DNA of 64,000 nt. Source: Eledone cirrhosa. Lineage: Eukaryota. A program made the translations under genes and the position numbers. Position 1 is the first letter of the stretch. Each line of letters opens with the position of its first letter. Positions 41,757 through 57,559 of the stretch are shown here, piece by piece. Below the pieces are notes generated by a model that had not been told where the DNA came from, did no database searches, and saw only the letters and a program-made list of their open reading frames with translations. The stretch is taken from NCBI GenBank assembly GCA_964016885.1, contig OZ024742.1, positions 256,866,001 through 256,930,000 on the forward strand. The letters run 5' to 3'.

Positions 41757-42829
41757 GAAAGTATTTCAGATCTCAAATTTAGAAAATTTAAGACATAAAA
41801 TGAGGATTCAAAATCCAAACTAAAGGTATTTAGTCAATCAAAGGATTATCTTACTATATAAAAGAATCAATATTTATTTCCTAAGGTGAGGTAAAACATT
41901 TTACATAATACTAATAAAAACAATAATTATTAATAAAAGTCAATATCTTTTCTCACTCAGTCAATGTTTTTCCTAAATTTATATGATGCTTGAAATATAT
42001 TTGTAACTTTATGGAGGCAATTTGAAAATAATTCACTGTTTTTATTAATTAAATTACCATGATTAGCAATTATTAATAGAGTCTCAACATTGCAAAAATT
42101 GCAGTTAGGTGAAATGGAATGCTTCCAATGGGATTCTGAGTTTCTAACCTTAATCCAAGAAATTGAGTATTTCATATTTTTCTCTTTTAAAGACCATATT
42201 AATTGTGATAATGAGGTGGAAAATGTTTTATCTGAATTAGAAAAAGAATGTTTATGATTGGAAAATCTAAGTTTATAGTTCGATGAAGTTGCACCTATGT
42301 AGTTATATTATTATTTGTTTTAATGGTGCATTTATATACTAAATTCTTATCAAGGCAGTTATTTTGTAAAGGGCATTCAGATTTCCTTCAACAGTTACAG
42401 TTAAATTTCATGCTATTTCTATAATCCAAACTGATCATATTATCATTGTTAATATTTGTAGGAGTTCTACAATGTGTTTAAATTATTGTTATTGTTATTC
42501 TCAATAACTATTGTATTATTATTATTACTATTGATGTTGTTTTGAATTAAGAATTTTGCTATTAATTTTAGCAATATTTTGAGCCATATTCATGGTTGTT
42601 GAGTACGAAAGTTTAACTGTGTCTATTGAAGATAGATTAATACTTATGTGATTTAGGGAAACATTTATCTAAGGCTTAAAAAGAATAAATGTGCTAAAGG
42701 GGTTTTAATACCTAAAGATGCTGGTGGAGCATACCAAATAATAGATCTAGTTCTAATTTATTTCACCGATTTATTCTCCAAGTTGTTATTTTTATTTATA
42801 TTTATATTTTTATTCTTACAGTCATCTTT

Positions 42830-44015
42830 GGAGAGGCAGGTTAAATTGCCAGGGGTCTGGTTCGGTCCGGACCTCCAGACGGACAAAAACTGGGACGAGG
42901 TGACGAGCAGGGTGGCTTCTCTCACCCAGAAATGGGCCGAGAGGAAGCTATCCCTGAAAGGTCGAGCGGAGGTGGCTAACGCGTACATCGCGTCCGTCAT
43001 CTGCTACCGCCTGACCGTCGTACCTTGTCCTAAGCCTCGCCTGACTGCGCTGGAGCGTTTGCTCTTTCGCTTTTTGTGGAAGGGACGCGCTCCGATGGTC
43101 AGGCGGTCCATCTGTTGTCAACACCCGCTACGTGGAGGGCTGGGCATGCCGTGGCTGATGATGCGCAGGCACGCGCTCAGGCTACGACATCTCCACCTCT
43201 TCCTCGACGGTGATCAGGTGTGGTCGCCGTTTGCTAGACACGTATTTCCCCAGCTCGTTTCCTTGACGGAGCTGCAGTCCTGGGTCAAGCGAAGACCGAG
43301 AGGGAGCGCCTGGAGACTGGAATGTCTTCAGGCGCTCACAGCCCTCGACCAATCGGGCAATGTGATCGGTGGAAACTCCACCTCGGCGTTCTATAGAGGA
43401 TTAGTGGAGGGGAAGAGCGACGACGTACTTGGGGAAACTCTAGTCGTCAACGAAAATCAACTAGCCAATCTCTTCGGAAGAACTTTCGGGCCAGGGCCTA
43501 TGGACAACTTCCAGAAATCTCTGGCCTGGCAGTGCTACCGAGGAGCCTTGCCAGTTCGGGATAAACTCTACAGGCATGGAGGTGCCGTCAGCCGGGCATG
43601 TCTGAGATGCGCGCAGGGCGACGAAACCGTCCTGCACGCACTCTTCCAGTGTCCGAAAATTGCTGACTTGTGGGTTTATGTCGAACACCTGCTGTCGCGT
43701 TTAGGACGGATCCGGCTATCATCTGAGTCCATCGTGAGGATTGCCCCGCTTTCCTCCTTTAGCCGGGAAGGGCAGGCAGTTTTTATCTGTCTGGTGGCCA
43801 TGGCGAAAGAGATAGTATGGTGGACACGTTTGAAAGGGCTGAAGACGAGCACTTACCTCTTCGGTGATGCTCTGATTGCCTTTTTCAAATTTCATTTGAA
43901 AAGGAAAATCAGAGTAGAGAGGGAAGTGCTCTCTTCCCAGCATTTTGTTGAAAGATGGGTGAGAGAAGCAAGAATGGCCCGAGTGAATGGGCCTACTCTG
44001 AGTATATATCTGTAA
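42830..44015 (+). CDS. C-terminal part of LINE ORF2 (RT thumb and CCHC zinc finger), open frame, lacking EN and RT core
   Basis: Motifs W..RKLSLKGR, FLWKG, GGLGMP and CLRC...ETVLHALFQC, typical of the L1/Tx1 ORF2 C-terminus. The first ~16 aa of the listed ORF come from the flank. Confidence 0.85.
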
Positions 44016-44265
44016 ATTAAAGGTGGAAAATTGGGAGAGGGCACTTGCCTTGGTGGTCAGGGTCATTGTGGCTTTTTACTGGGCTTTCTCCACAAATGTC
44101 CCTCCGAAGTCTCCCCCTTATTGGGGAATTTTTCATTGTTATTTTTTGTTACATCCTCTGTTTTTGTTTTTTACGCGCAGAAATTCCCATTTGTACTGTC
44201 CTGCATTGTCCTGCACTGTCCTTAATGTCTACTTTATGTAAACCCTTGTGGTTAATAAAGAAATC
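42830..44265 (+). mobile_element. 5'-truncated Tx1/L1-clade LINE with 18-bp TSD
   Basis: TSD ATTCTTACAGTCATCTTT at 42812-42829 and 44266-44283. GC-rich relative to its flanks. The 3' end is AATAAAGAAATC. Confidence 0.92.
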
Positions 44266-44368
44266 ATTCTTACAGTCATCTTTATTTATATTATTCCTAT
44301 TATTATGAATATTTTGTTTATAGTTACTATTATTATTTTCTACATATTCAATATTATTATTATATCCT

Positions 44369-44548
44369 AATTGACAGTATCAGTGGAGGGGCGGATGCCA
44401 TGCTTTCCAGCATAGTTACGTCCCTTTACGATCTGAGTTCAAATCCTGCCGAGGTTAACTTTGCCTTTCATCCTTACGGGGTCGATAACATAAAGTACCA
44501 GTAATGTACTGAGTAATTGCTGGCCTTGTGCCTAAAGTAGAAACAATG
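44369..44548 (+). mobile_element. tRNA-derived SINE (same family as 9396-9576) with 10-bp TSD
   Basis: ATTATATCCT at 44359-44368 and 44549-44558. Contains GAGTTCAAATCC and GCCTTTCATCCTTACGGGGTCGATAA. Confidence 0.85.
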
Positions 44549-44674
44549 ATTATATCCTGGTTTATGTAACGCTTCATTATAATATCCTGCTTTACTATTA
44601 AAAATGGATTTGTTAGCAGAAAATCTGGTTATACGTTGTTGGCACACTATTGACTATTGCATTTTTAACACATT

Positions 44675-44745
44675 TATGTATTTTATCTGATGAGGACGTA
44701 CTGAAAAATCAACACAGTACCTCCGAAATATATAAAATAAAACAT
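44675..44745 (+). ncRNA. Putative minimal type I hammerhead ribozyme
   Basis: TATTTTA-T-CTGATGA, stem II GGACGTACTG/CAGTACCTCC (9 of 10 paired), then GAA-ATAT-A-TAAAATA. Confidence 0.7.
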
Positions 44746-44879
44746 ATATTTTGATTATGTGAATGTATCCATTTATTAATATTTTCAATAATATTAATAT
44801 CTCCAGAAAACTTCTTTATTGAGTGCATTTATTCTATGGTATAATTATATTCATTGAATAATCAAGAACCTTGTATAAC

Positions 44880-45016
<137 letters not shown>

Positions 45017-45637
45017 TAGTAATAACAATAAATTTGAAGACTAAAATCCAAAGAGGGCTCGATAAGGATAAATATATAAGAGCTGTAGAGCAAATATTTA
45101 TTAAAATAACGGATTAAAGTTTTTTAGTTTCAAAAGATCCCGTTAAGGGAGAAAGCAGTGATTCTTTGCTTAAACTTTAATCTGTTATTTTAATAAATAT
45201 ATATATGTGTATGTGTGTGTTTGTTTTTGTGTGTATAACCCACAGACTGTATATCCGCACTCAAATTCTATCTGCAGAACTCGCTTGCTCTGAAACTTTC
45301 CGAAATAAATTTTTCTTGACAATGGAATGATAACTTTATCTGATATAGCTGTGTCACTCAAACTTTTTTTTATTGCTCTACACTTACTGTCACACAGACA
45401 TGAAGACTCAGCGGTTAACATACACATACACTTTCGCGCAAATATATATATAATTTGATGAGGATTTTAAAATTTCGAAAATAATTCCTTTTACAAATTA
45501 AACACTAACTAGAATCACATTCAGAGAAATTAATATTTAAAACATCATAATTCAATATTAATATGTTTCGATATATATATATTAACAAAAAGGGCTGTGG
45601 ATTAGAGCTCGGATAGAGCTGTATCAGTAGAGCTCGG

Positions 45638-45735
45638 ATACCATGCTTCATAGATTAGAGTTACGGTCCTTTATATTCAGTGTTTAAACCCCATCATCCT
45701 TATGGGGTCGATAATATAAATTACCAGTAAGCATT
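45638..45735 (+). mobile_element. Degenerate copy of the Meta-like SINE
   Basis: CCATGCTT..GTTACGGTCCTTTA..CATCCTTATGGGGTCGATAATATAAATTACCAGTAA aligns with 44398-44505. Confidence 0.6.
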
Positions 45736-47792
45736 GTCTATATATGTGCGTGTGAGTGTATGCATAATTCGCGAATGAATGCATATAGCAAATTAATATC
45801 TGTATATGTAGATTGTATAATATATGATATTTATCACATTGCCTACGTGTAGATTAAATGTGGAATGGTGATATAATTACATGGTCAACATTGCCGCAGC
45901 TGATATTTTGAACTCTATTTAAATTAATAAAGTTGATCAGAGTTAGAGTACAAAATCATATTCCTCATAAAGTATTTGAGTAGGGGAAGATAGAATTGTT
46001 TATGTAATTAGATGTGAACTGTTTGGTAACAGTATTTATTTCATATTATAATAGGTTTCACAATTTTATCTTAAGTAGATAATGGTGGTTAGAAGAATTA
46101 TAGTAATTGCTGAATGAATTATCAATGTTCTGTTCACGACTGAGTTGAGTAGTTATTATAAAATGTGGAAGTGTTCGATTATTTATGTAAAGAAGTGCAC
46201 TTTAAACTTTATTGTGCTGATTTATTTGGCTTCGTAGGTTTAGGCGGATCTTAGAATTTTAACCAAACTTATAGAAGTGATGGTACAGTGAGATTTTATA
46301 CACAGACATGGTTCGATGCATGACTAGGTTTAATAACCATTGTTATGAAGGCGTGACCTGATGATTGCGAAGCGAAATTGTTAAGCATTCGGTCACCCTA
46401 TATCCATATCCAGCATATAGACCTGCATGATATTCTTAACTACAGTTTATCCATTTTCTCTTGAGGCAGTACTGTATATTAGGTAATCTCGATTGTTTCA
46501 ACTATCATTCATGTGTATTATTGTGAAGGTACGCTACAATGTAATTAAGGTATTCGACTCATGATTATAAGTTCATTAGTTCGTATCTTGTCGCCGCGTC
46601 TTTTTCGTAATCAAGAAACTATATTGCACCTTTCTCCAGTCAACTCAGTATGAGCTGTACTTGTAATACGAGTAACCAGCATTGCTACATACTGGATTGG
46701 ATCACACTGAATCTGCCTGAAAGCTTCATTAAGTGAACGCTTTTATATGGAAGACATGTCAGTCTATCTAAGCGTCATATTCACTTTCATCTAAAATCAA
46801 ATTCAAGTATTAATTCCTTTACCTGAAAAGTATTTCAATATATGAAAAACTATCTTCATAATGTGGAATTTATTCAATACGAATTCAATTTTTCCAGGTT
46901 TCCACTAGTTAGATTTTGCATATAAAGTATCCTACAAATATGAGTGCACGTTGAATTCATATATGCAATATGACATGTAGGTGATGATAACCATGACAAG
47001 GCAAAGGCCGATAAGGTTTAGCACCAGTGATGTAAACTATATATACATTACAAAAAGTGCATACATCATATATGAAGTTATACAAAGTAAAGGCAAGAAC
47101 AGATACAACTTGTAACCAGTGATGTCGCATTTCATTATTTTCCAGATGAGTGAATAGTGGGAAGATGAAATAAAATATAATGCTCAAGAACACAACTTGC
47201 CGTTTTTGGCATGGATAGAAATCATGATCTTACGATCGTTAGCGAAACAACATATCAAGAATCTTAGACTACGTCACAAGGTTTGTCTTATTAGCAAAAC
47301 CCTATAAGTCATACGCTCATCGTTGCGTAGTGTGTAGTGCGAAAAATTAGCTTAATCTGCTTCCTTGCGGCTTTAAATTATTTCCAATGTTTAAACTGTA
47401 ATTATGATGTCACTCCAGTATTATTATATGGCAATTCGTCAATGTATATACCACAACGTAGTTATAGTCAGAGCCATGTGTAGTCCTACATGCATCACGA
47501 AATAAGTATATTTCTCGAAAATCTCAAATATTTCAGACAATTTCAAATGTATAAAATACAATCATTTCTATTCCCCAACCCCTTTTTATCTCGGTTTCCT
47601 TCTCCTCCACTATCTTATCCTATCGATTAAGTATCACTTTATATATAAATACATAGGCATATACAAATATACATACATTTACACAGACCCAGGGAAAGAC
47701 GCACATACAAAAGTACGCCCACACACATGCACACGCACATACCTGTATATATGTATATATCTAACTGTATATATGTATTTATGCCCATATGA

Positions 47793-47859
<67 letters not shown>

Positions 47860-47954
47860 TATACATGTGCGTGTGCATGTGTGTTTATATATGTATATGT
47901 TATATATATATACATGCGTGTATGTTTATATATGTGTATATCATATTATGTATG

Positions 47955-50330
<2,376 letters not shown>

Positions 50331-50390
50331 TGTTATATATATATATATATATATACATGTGTGTGTTTGTGTCTGTTTATATGTGAGTAT

Positions 50391-50438
<48 letters not shown>

Positions 50439-50639
50439 ATGGTTGTCCCCTCGTTATTGAGTATGGCCATTGCACGATAAAAATAAATATATATTAATAA
50501 TTAACGGTACTGTAATCGAATGTGGATTTTAGCCGAGACAATGATATAAAATGTCTTGCACACAGTTGGAAACCAAGATAAAATAATTTCACTGGCAATA
50601 GCAGTCTGTGGTTGGAAATCATGATTTACACACTCTTCT

Positions 50640-52120
50640 ATATGCCTGAGGATTATGATGAGTAGCATCTCTGTCAGCAGCCTGGTTGTCAACCATTGAA
50701 CTCTCTTTATGACTGCGATGATGAATTTGTGTCCAGACGCTGCATGTCAGCGCCATAAGAAGACCTGTGCTGTCTGGATATGGAACAGCAATGCTTTTCT
50801 TGATATTCCTTTTTACTTTCTCGCATGCGATTCGAGATGCTTCAAAAGCAAATTTCCCCTCATTTACAGTCTTTCTACATTTAATACGATCAGCAGAGAT
50901 GTTAACATTTTTCAAGGAGGCTTCAACGAATCCCTATACGTCTTGTATTTGGAGGTCGTTTTCCTTTATTTAAATATCCATAAAAAAAGGTTGTTTTGGT
51001 ATCCTAGAATCCTTTATCCTGGCAAGCTAACCACACCATCGGAGTCATTGCTGAAGCACAAGAGCATCTATGCCTTCACACAGAGTGTTTTCCAAAATCT
51101 CTACATCATTGATGTGCTCCCTCCAGTGAACGCCATGGATCCATCTGAGACACATCTGATGGAGAAGTTCCAACTGTTTCAGGTGGTATCAATATGTGAC
51201 CCAAGTCTTACAGGCATAAAGAAGAAAAGAAAGCACGCATGACTTTAACAGCTTTACCTTTGTCTTCTCGCACATGTCTCAACGACGCCAGAGGCACCTT
51301 TCTAGCCTTCCGCCGAATGCATCACTTAGTTTCCTAATCCTGTGTGGAACTTGATTACAAGATTGCTGTATCGATTGACAGTGCTTCCCAGGTACACACA
51401 CGGATCACAACTCCAAGTAGTTTTCCATACACATATATATTTGGTTCTTTGTACTATTTACCAGGGGCATGTTGGGACATGATAAAGGTTTACTTGAGAC
51501 AGACAATCAATTCTTGGGCAGTGCAAGCATCAGAAAATGCATGAGAAATGTGCTGCATATCAATCTGTTTCCGCTACAATATCGCAATCATGTGCATACA
51601 AATGTCTCTTATGATAGAGGTAAATACGTTTGTTTTTTCAGCAAAGCGCCTGATGTTAAATATGCTGCCAGAGGTTGAATAGTAGATGTAAACACCATGC
51701 TTGCAATTCCTAAATGCAATATAGAAAGCCATCTCAAAGTATATGGCAAATAGGTTCAGTTCTGGAATATCCATCTATTTCACTCCATGTTTCACTGAGA
51801 TAGGCTCTGATGTGTTACTGCTCAAATTAACACAAGCCTTTCAGATCTAACCAAAGGAAGGTACATATCAGGGCAACCAACTCTCTTGGAAACCTTCCAA
51901 AATGTTTGTTAACAGTATCGAAAGATTTTGTCAGATTGAAAAAAGCCTGATACAGATAGAATCACTGTTCCACAATTTCTTTTGAAGCTGTCTAGCTGAG
52001 AAAAACATATCAGATTGACTTTCAGGAAGAACACCTTGTACAAGACTACCATTACTGCATCTCTCCTGCCCTCAGGTATGGATTCACTAGCCCATATCCT
52101 GCCAAACAAAGAGTGAAGAT
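50640..52120 (-). mobile_element. Decayed RTE-clade LINE RT region and C-terminus
   Basis: Minus-strand remnants IW.SESIPEGRRDAVMVVLYK and ISADRIKCRKTVNEG..FE..R resemble RTE ORF ends. Many stops and deletions. Confidence 0.7.
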
Positions 52121-52494
52121 GTATATATATATATATGTATGAGTATTTTGAGCTGCACGCTGTTGTATGTGTGGCTGGTTCTAATGCGACTTTTTCGTGT
52201 ACGTATTTCATTCCATTGTTTGGATAAGGAAACTATCCAGACACCCTGAAATCATTTCTGTCACTGATGCAACGGGTAAAGTACTTTTTATCCAATTTGT
52301 CTTATCAAACTGAATAATACTGTCATGTGCTGTGTTTTAAATATTATGCAAAGAAAGACAAACAATCACAAATTAACACTACCCGAATGTCTAATACGCG
52401 CTTTCCCACAATTTTGAATTTTGAAAGGAAGAGGACAAAAATATCTATATAAACTGACCCTGGTGTTTAGCGACCGGATCAGATACGAACACCA

Positions 52495-52805
52495 ACATCT
52501 AAAATAAGAACAACAAGAACAACAACAACAACAACAACAGCAGCAGCAGCAGAAGCAGCAGCAGCATCTATACGATAAAAGGTCGAACAACATGAACTGC
52601 CTTCACCACCACTCAGACAAAACTATCAACAACCACCAACACCAATATTTAAAACAACAACAGCATCAAAACGAGCAACAACACCAATAACTACAACAAC
52701 AGCGTCAAAAGGAACAACACGAAGATCTACAACAACAGCAGCATAAACATGATAAAAAGCCAAACAACATCAACTGCCTTCACCGACACCACCACCACCA
52801 CCATT
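52495..52805. repeat. Degenerate (CAA/CAG/CAC)n low-complexity tract with internal duplication
   Basis: Triplet runs. GATAAAA..C.AACAACAT.AACTGCCTTCACC occurs at about 52574 and 52751. Confidence 0.8.
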
Positions 52806-53295
52806 CAGTCAAAGATCTAACTTTATATATATATATAGTACCAACATTATATTAAGTATGTCATGCCTGAGAATATCAGAATCCATGTGCCATATATATA
52901 TGACCGCCCTCAGCTTTAAAAAAAAAGAAGTTGTGAGAGCCGTCGTTAAATTTTCCGTGGCAAACATTTGCACCGAAGATATGTGTCGTCAGTACTAAAA
53001 AGTGTGGTTGGTCCTATACAAGCCTTCACCACTTAAAACATAACTTTGTGCGGATAGTTCAACATCAGTACATTTTCATAACAAAGGTGATGGGTAGACA
53101 GTGACGGGAACAAGTAGAGGATATAAGTGGAAGTCTCTAGCTGGAGCTCTGTATTATGGTGACTACTGTGTGATGGCCGTTCTAGCACAAGCTGTCACCG
53201 GCGGTATTGAAATGTCACATGAATCATCCACTATCCAGAGAGCTAAGCTTTTGTTGGACATTTATACGTCGCATATCGACGGGAGAATCCATCAT

Positions 53296-53380
<85 letters not shown>

Positions 53381-54182
53381 GTTTATGAATTTTCAAAGAG
53401 CTGATAAATCTGAAAAAAGATGTGTGAAAAACACGTTTTCCGCGTTTGGGAAATACAAATATACTTACATACATATAAAATATTCAATTAAGAATGGAAT
53501 ATATTGAATAACAAACATGCTTATTGAGCATATATAGCTTTAGAAATTTACAAGTTTCAAAGCGACATCTTCAAAACGACAGACTCCTATCTATATTTGA
53601 AAATGAGCTCTTGTCATCCAAATCATACAATAACTTATACAATATTTAATAAGGTAAGATGAGTCTACACACCTTGAATATTATTCAAAGAATAGAAGGT
53701 GAAAAGCAATAGAATTTAAGGAATGACGAAGAACAATACACACTTCCGTGACTCAAAGATTCTAAGCAATAGCGAAAGTGACATGTTCTTGATTCAGTCC
53801 TTCTGTGTGTAAACTTCCAGCCTTGTCACATTCGTGTGATACACTGAATCACCATGGGAATTACTTTAATTCTCTGGAATATCCACCAAATAAGTTACGT
53901 TGATAGCATTCCAGATTCTAGAAACAATGCTCCAGGTATGCAATAGGTATTTCTGAAGTTATTGCTGTATCTTACTCGACACATTTGAATTTCTAAGTAC
54001 GCCATATTTATTGTTGACCTGGGACCTATTTATTTCCATCTTTCTGGCAGGAATGTCTCTGTAATAGTTGCCATTGAAACACTATTATATTGTGAGAGTT
54101 ACTTTATCCCTTCACTTTGCATTTTTCTCTTAAACGCGCGCACATATACTCACTCTTTTTCTCAATTCTCTTTTCTCTGCCA

Positions 54183-54275
<93 letters not shown>

Positions 54276-54290
54276 TATACATACACATAT

Positions 54291-54400
<110 letters not shown>

Positions 54401-54415
54401 TTGTGTGAATATGTG

Positions 54416-54458
<43 letters not shown>

Positions 54459-55132
54459 ACCAACCATATGCTAAACTGAGTTTCATAGAATTAATCGATT
54501 AATTTTGATCGATATACACAAATAAAATTCATTGTTACAAAGGAAAAATTACTTGATGCACTATATATTAAGTTATTTTTTTCGTTCGGTCTACAAGATT
54601 CTTTAATTATACTTCCGGGCATTCCCATTCTTAATTTTACTTAAAATATTTAGCTTGTATGGGATTTTACACCTATCTTATATTCCACACGATCTCATAA
54701 AATCATGCACTCAGGCAAACACACATGCAACTACTCAGACATAAACACATAAACACATAAACAATCAGACACGCACACACATACAAACATTCCTACCCAC
54801 AAACAAACAAACATATACATGTATATATATATATATATGTATAAATATTATATTCATATACGTAAATGTGAGCACATTTATGTTCACAAACTTCTGCCGT
54901 GTCATTGGAAATTGAAGGAAGCCAAGCCAAGAAATCTTATATTAAATTTATACAGAGGCAAAATGTCATTTGCTGACAGCTGGACAATACTGAACTCTAG
55001 TTTAGAAAGAGAATTATTGAATTATCTGCTATCAACAAACAATTACTGCTTATGAAATAACCCATCAAAACCAGGATGTCGATCGCATCAAGTTATAGAG
55101 AGCATACGTATAATGCATATTTGTTCATATAT

Positions 55133-55213
<81 letters not shown>

Positions 55214-55216
<3 letters not shown>

Positions 55217-55771
55217 AATAGAGGTGTAACACACACGTTAGGATATATTGGTAAACGGAAAAGAAAATGCTGACAAATTGTTCACAGTGAAAAATAGTTT
55301 AATTAGGAATAAGTGAGAATTAGTAATAGCATTGTTTAGTATTCAGTTTTTGGTTTTAAGATTTAACGGTTGCGCATTTCTAATGCTTTTCAAAAATAAT
55401 TTTGAGATAGAGCGTCCGTGCTGTTTGCTCTAATCTGATTAGTTTTGGAAATTCTACCTGTTTTTATGTTAAAAAAGTGGCTCCAGCGGTATTAAAATAA
55501 GTTTTGCGCCAATTCGTGTTGCAAAAATTCTTGTGGTGAAAACAATTTTGATTGGTCGGTAGAGGTCATGTGAATGTTAAAAATTAATTTTGCGCCAAAT
55601 GTATGGTTTGTGTCGGCTGATTGAGAAGTCAGTGAACAATAAGTCTTTCAAAACAAATATGTGTGTGTGTGTGTGTAGTAGTAGTAAAGAGGTTCGTTGT
55701 TGTGATAATGGTCAGCAGGCATGTGTGTGCGAACCGCAGCCTGTCGATAGTTCAAATGCCTATTAAGACAA

Positions 55772-55861
<90 letters not shown>

Positions 55862-56915
55862 CAGAGTAATTCGTGGTAGAGGGATGGTGAGTAGGAATGT
55901 GTCTGTAAGTGTGTGGGGGATATTTTAACATGCTAAAAGATGTTTTTCAGCTCTTGTCTTATACGGAGAAGTGTGTGTGTGTGTGCGTGTGTGTGTGTTT
56001 GTATGTCTCTTTGTATGTTAATGTACGCGTGTGTATGTGTGTGTGTATATATGTGCGTGTGTGCGCATACACGTGTGTGTGTGAGAATGTGTGTGTGTGG
56101 GTGGACCAGTAATTATGTTTGTGATACTGGTGAAATGGTGTACATTATTCGATATTTTCAGTAAAATCAATTCTCTCAATAGAACATCAAAACCTTAATA
56201 ATAAAAGGTGTGAAATGATATATAGTATTGGCATAATACCAAGGTGTGTGTGAGTGTTTCTAGATTGTACGTACTGCAAGGGGAATCCATTAGGCCTTGC
56301 CGTTTTGGAATACCTGTGTACAAATATGTATCTGGAGTGTGTCCAGAAATTGTATACTTGTGTACAAATATGTATCTGGAGTGTGTCCAGATTGTACGTA
56401 CTGCAAGGGGAATCCATTAGGCCTTGCCGTATTAGAATACTTGTGTACAAATCTGTATGTGCCCATCAGTGTGCAATGCATGTGTGCGTTTATGTATGTG
56501 TGTGTGTCGGCACATTTATATCTATAGACATCAAAAGGTATGCAAATTTGTGTATATTTCTCAATCAGCGGACACAAACCTACATTTGGCGCAAAATAAA
56601 TGTTTAACATTCACATGACCTCTACCGACCAATCAAACTTGTTTTGACCACAAGAATTTTTGCAACACGAACTGTCGCAAAACTTAATTTAATACCGCTG
56701 GAGCCACTTTTTTAACATAAAAACAGGTAGAATTTCCAAAACTAATCAGATTAGAGCAAACATCACGGACGCTCTATCTCAAAATTATTTTTGAAAAGCA
56801 TTAGAAATGCGCACCCGGTAAAACCAATACTATTACTAATTCTCACTTATTCCTAATTAAACTATTTTTCACTGTGAACAATTTGTCAGCATTTTCGTTT
56901 CCGTTTACCAATATA
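55214..56915. repeat. Fold-back element with about 350-bp terminal inverted repeats in (TA)n
   Basis: 55243-55605 is the reverse complement of about 56578-56915. A 29-bp tail lies on the left only. Internal (GT)n tracts and a duplicated CAGATTGTACGTACTGCAAGGGGAATCCATTAGGCC segment. Confidence 0.9.
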
Positions 56916-56921
56916 TATATA

Positions 56922-56990
<69 letters not shown>

Positions 56991-57075
56991 GGAGGTGAGT
57001 TTTATTGTAGTACAATAAAGCAATGCAGATATCGGATAAGAAGCACTCTACAGTTTGTGGGACTGGAGTATGCAT

Positions 57076-57117
<42 letters not shown>

Positions 57118-57253
57118 TATACATATTTGTAGTAAGGTTGCCTGGATGTGTCCATTGGTGGTATGCTAGTTGAGCACTTTATGTTCCTACAGAGCAGAGT
57201 ATAATACTATGGAAAACGAAGAATCAGTGATGCATCGGAACACACTTTATTAG

Positions 57254-57344
57254 CGTATTACAATTGTTTCCCCGGCGAACTGCTCGCGGTGCGATCTATT
57301 TGTGGATCGAACCTGACTCTGGATTCGCAAGTTCCTCAGATACG
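57254..57344 (-). ncRNA. Type I hammerhead ribozyme with extended stem II
   Basis: Minus strand: CGTAT-CTGAGGA-[about 62 nt closed by CTT.GCGAAT/GTTCGC.GGG]-GAA-ACAATTGT-A-ATACG. Complete core, 5-bp stem I and a perfect 8-nt palindromic stem III. Confidence 0.75.
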
Positions 57345-57402
57345 TCTAGTGACTTCGAAACAAATCCTCTGTCTATCTGTTCGCTTTGCTTCGAAGTCAC
57401 TA

Positions 57403-57497
57403 GACGTATCTGAGGAACTTACGAATCCAGAGTCAGGTTCGACCCACAAAGAGCTCGCACCTGGAGCTATTTGCCGGAGAAACAATCGTAATACGTT
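57403..57497 (+). ncRNA. Type I hammerhead ribozyme with extended stem II (mirror copy)
   Basis: GACGTAT-CTGAGGA (57410-57416)...GAA-ACAATCGT-A (57490)-ATACGTT. Stem II closure and the palindrome carry mismatches. Confidence 0.65.
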
Positions 57498-57559
57498 AAT
57501 AAAGTGTGTTCCGATGCATCACTGATTCTTCGTTTTCCATATTATATATATATTCTTTT

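Larger units (their letters stand above)
57146..57541. mobile_element. Non-autonomous fold-back of the terminal repeat of the 31320-37323 Naiad family
   Basis: Arms 57208-57359 and 57390-57541. The left arm and tail align with 31350-31560. Confidence 0.88.

Noticed and set aside
46930-47230. Hydrophobic minus-strand frames suggesting a membrane-protein exon
   Set aside because: Internal stop, and AT-rich composition alone gives hydrophobic translations. No family motif.
50709-51242. 177-aa plus-strand ORF
   Set aside because: It is the antisense frame of the decayed RTE LINE.
52495-52805. Poly-glutamine coding exon
   Set aside because: Stops interrupt the frames and no splice context is evident.
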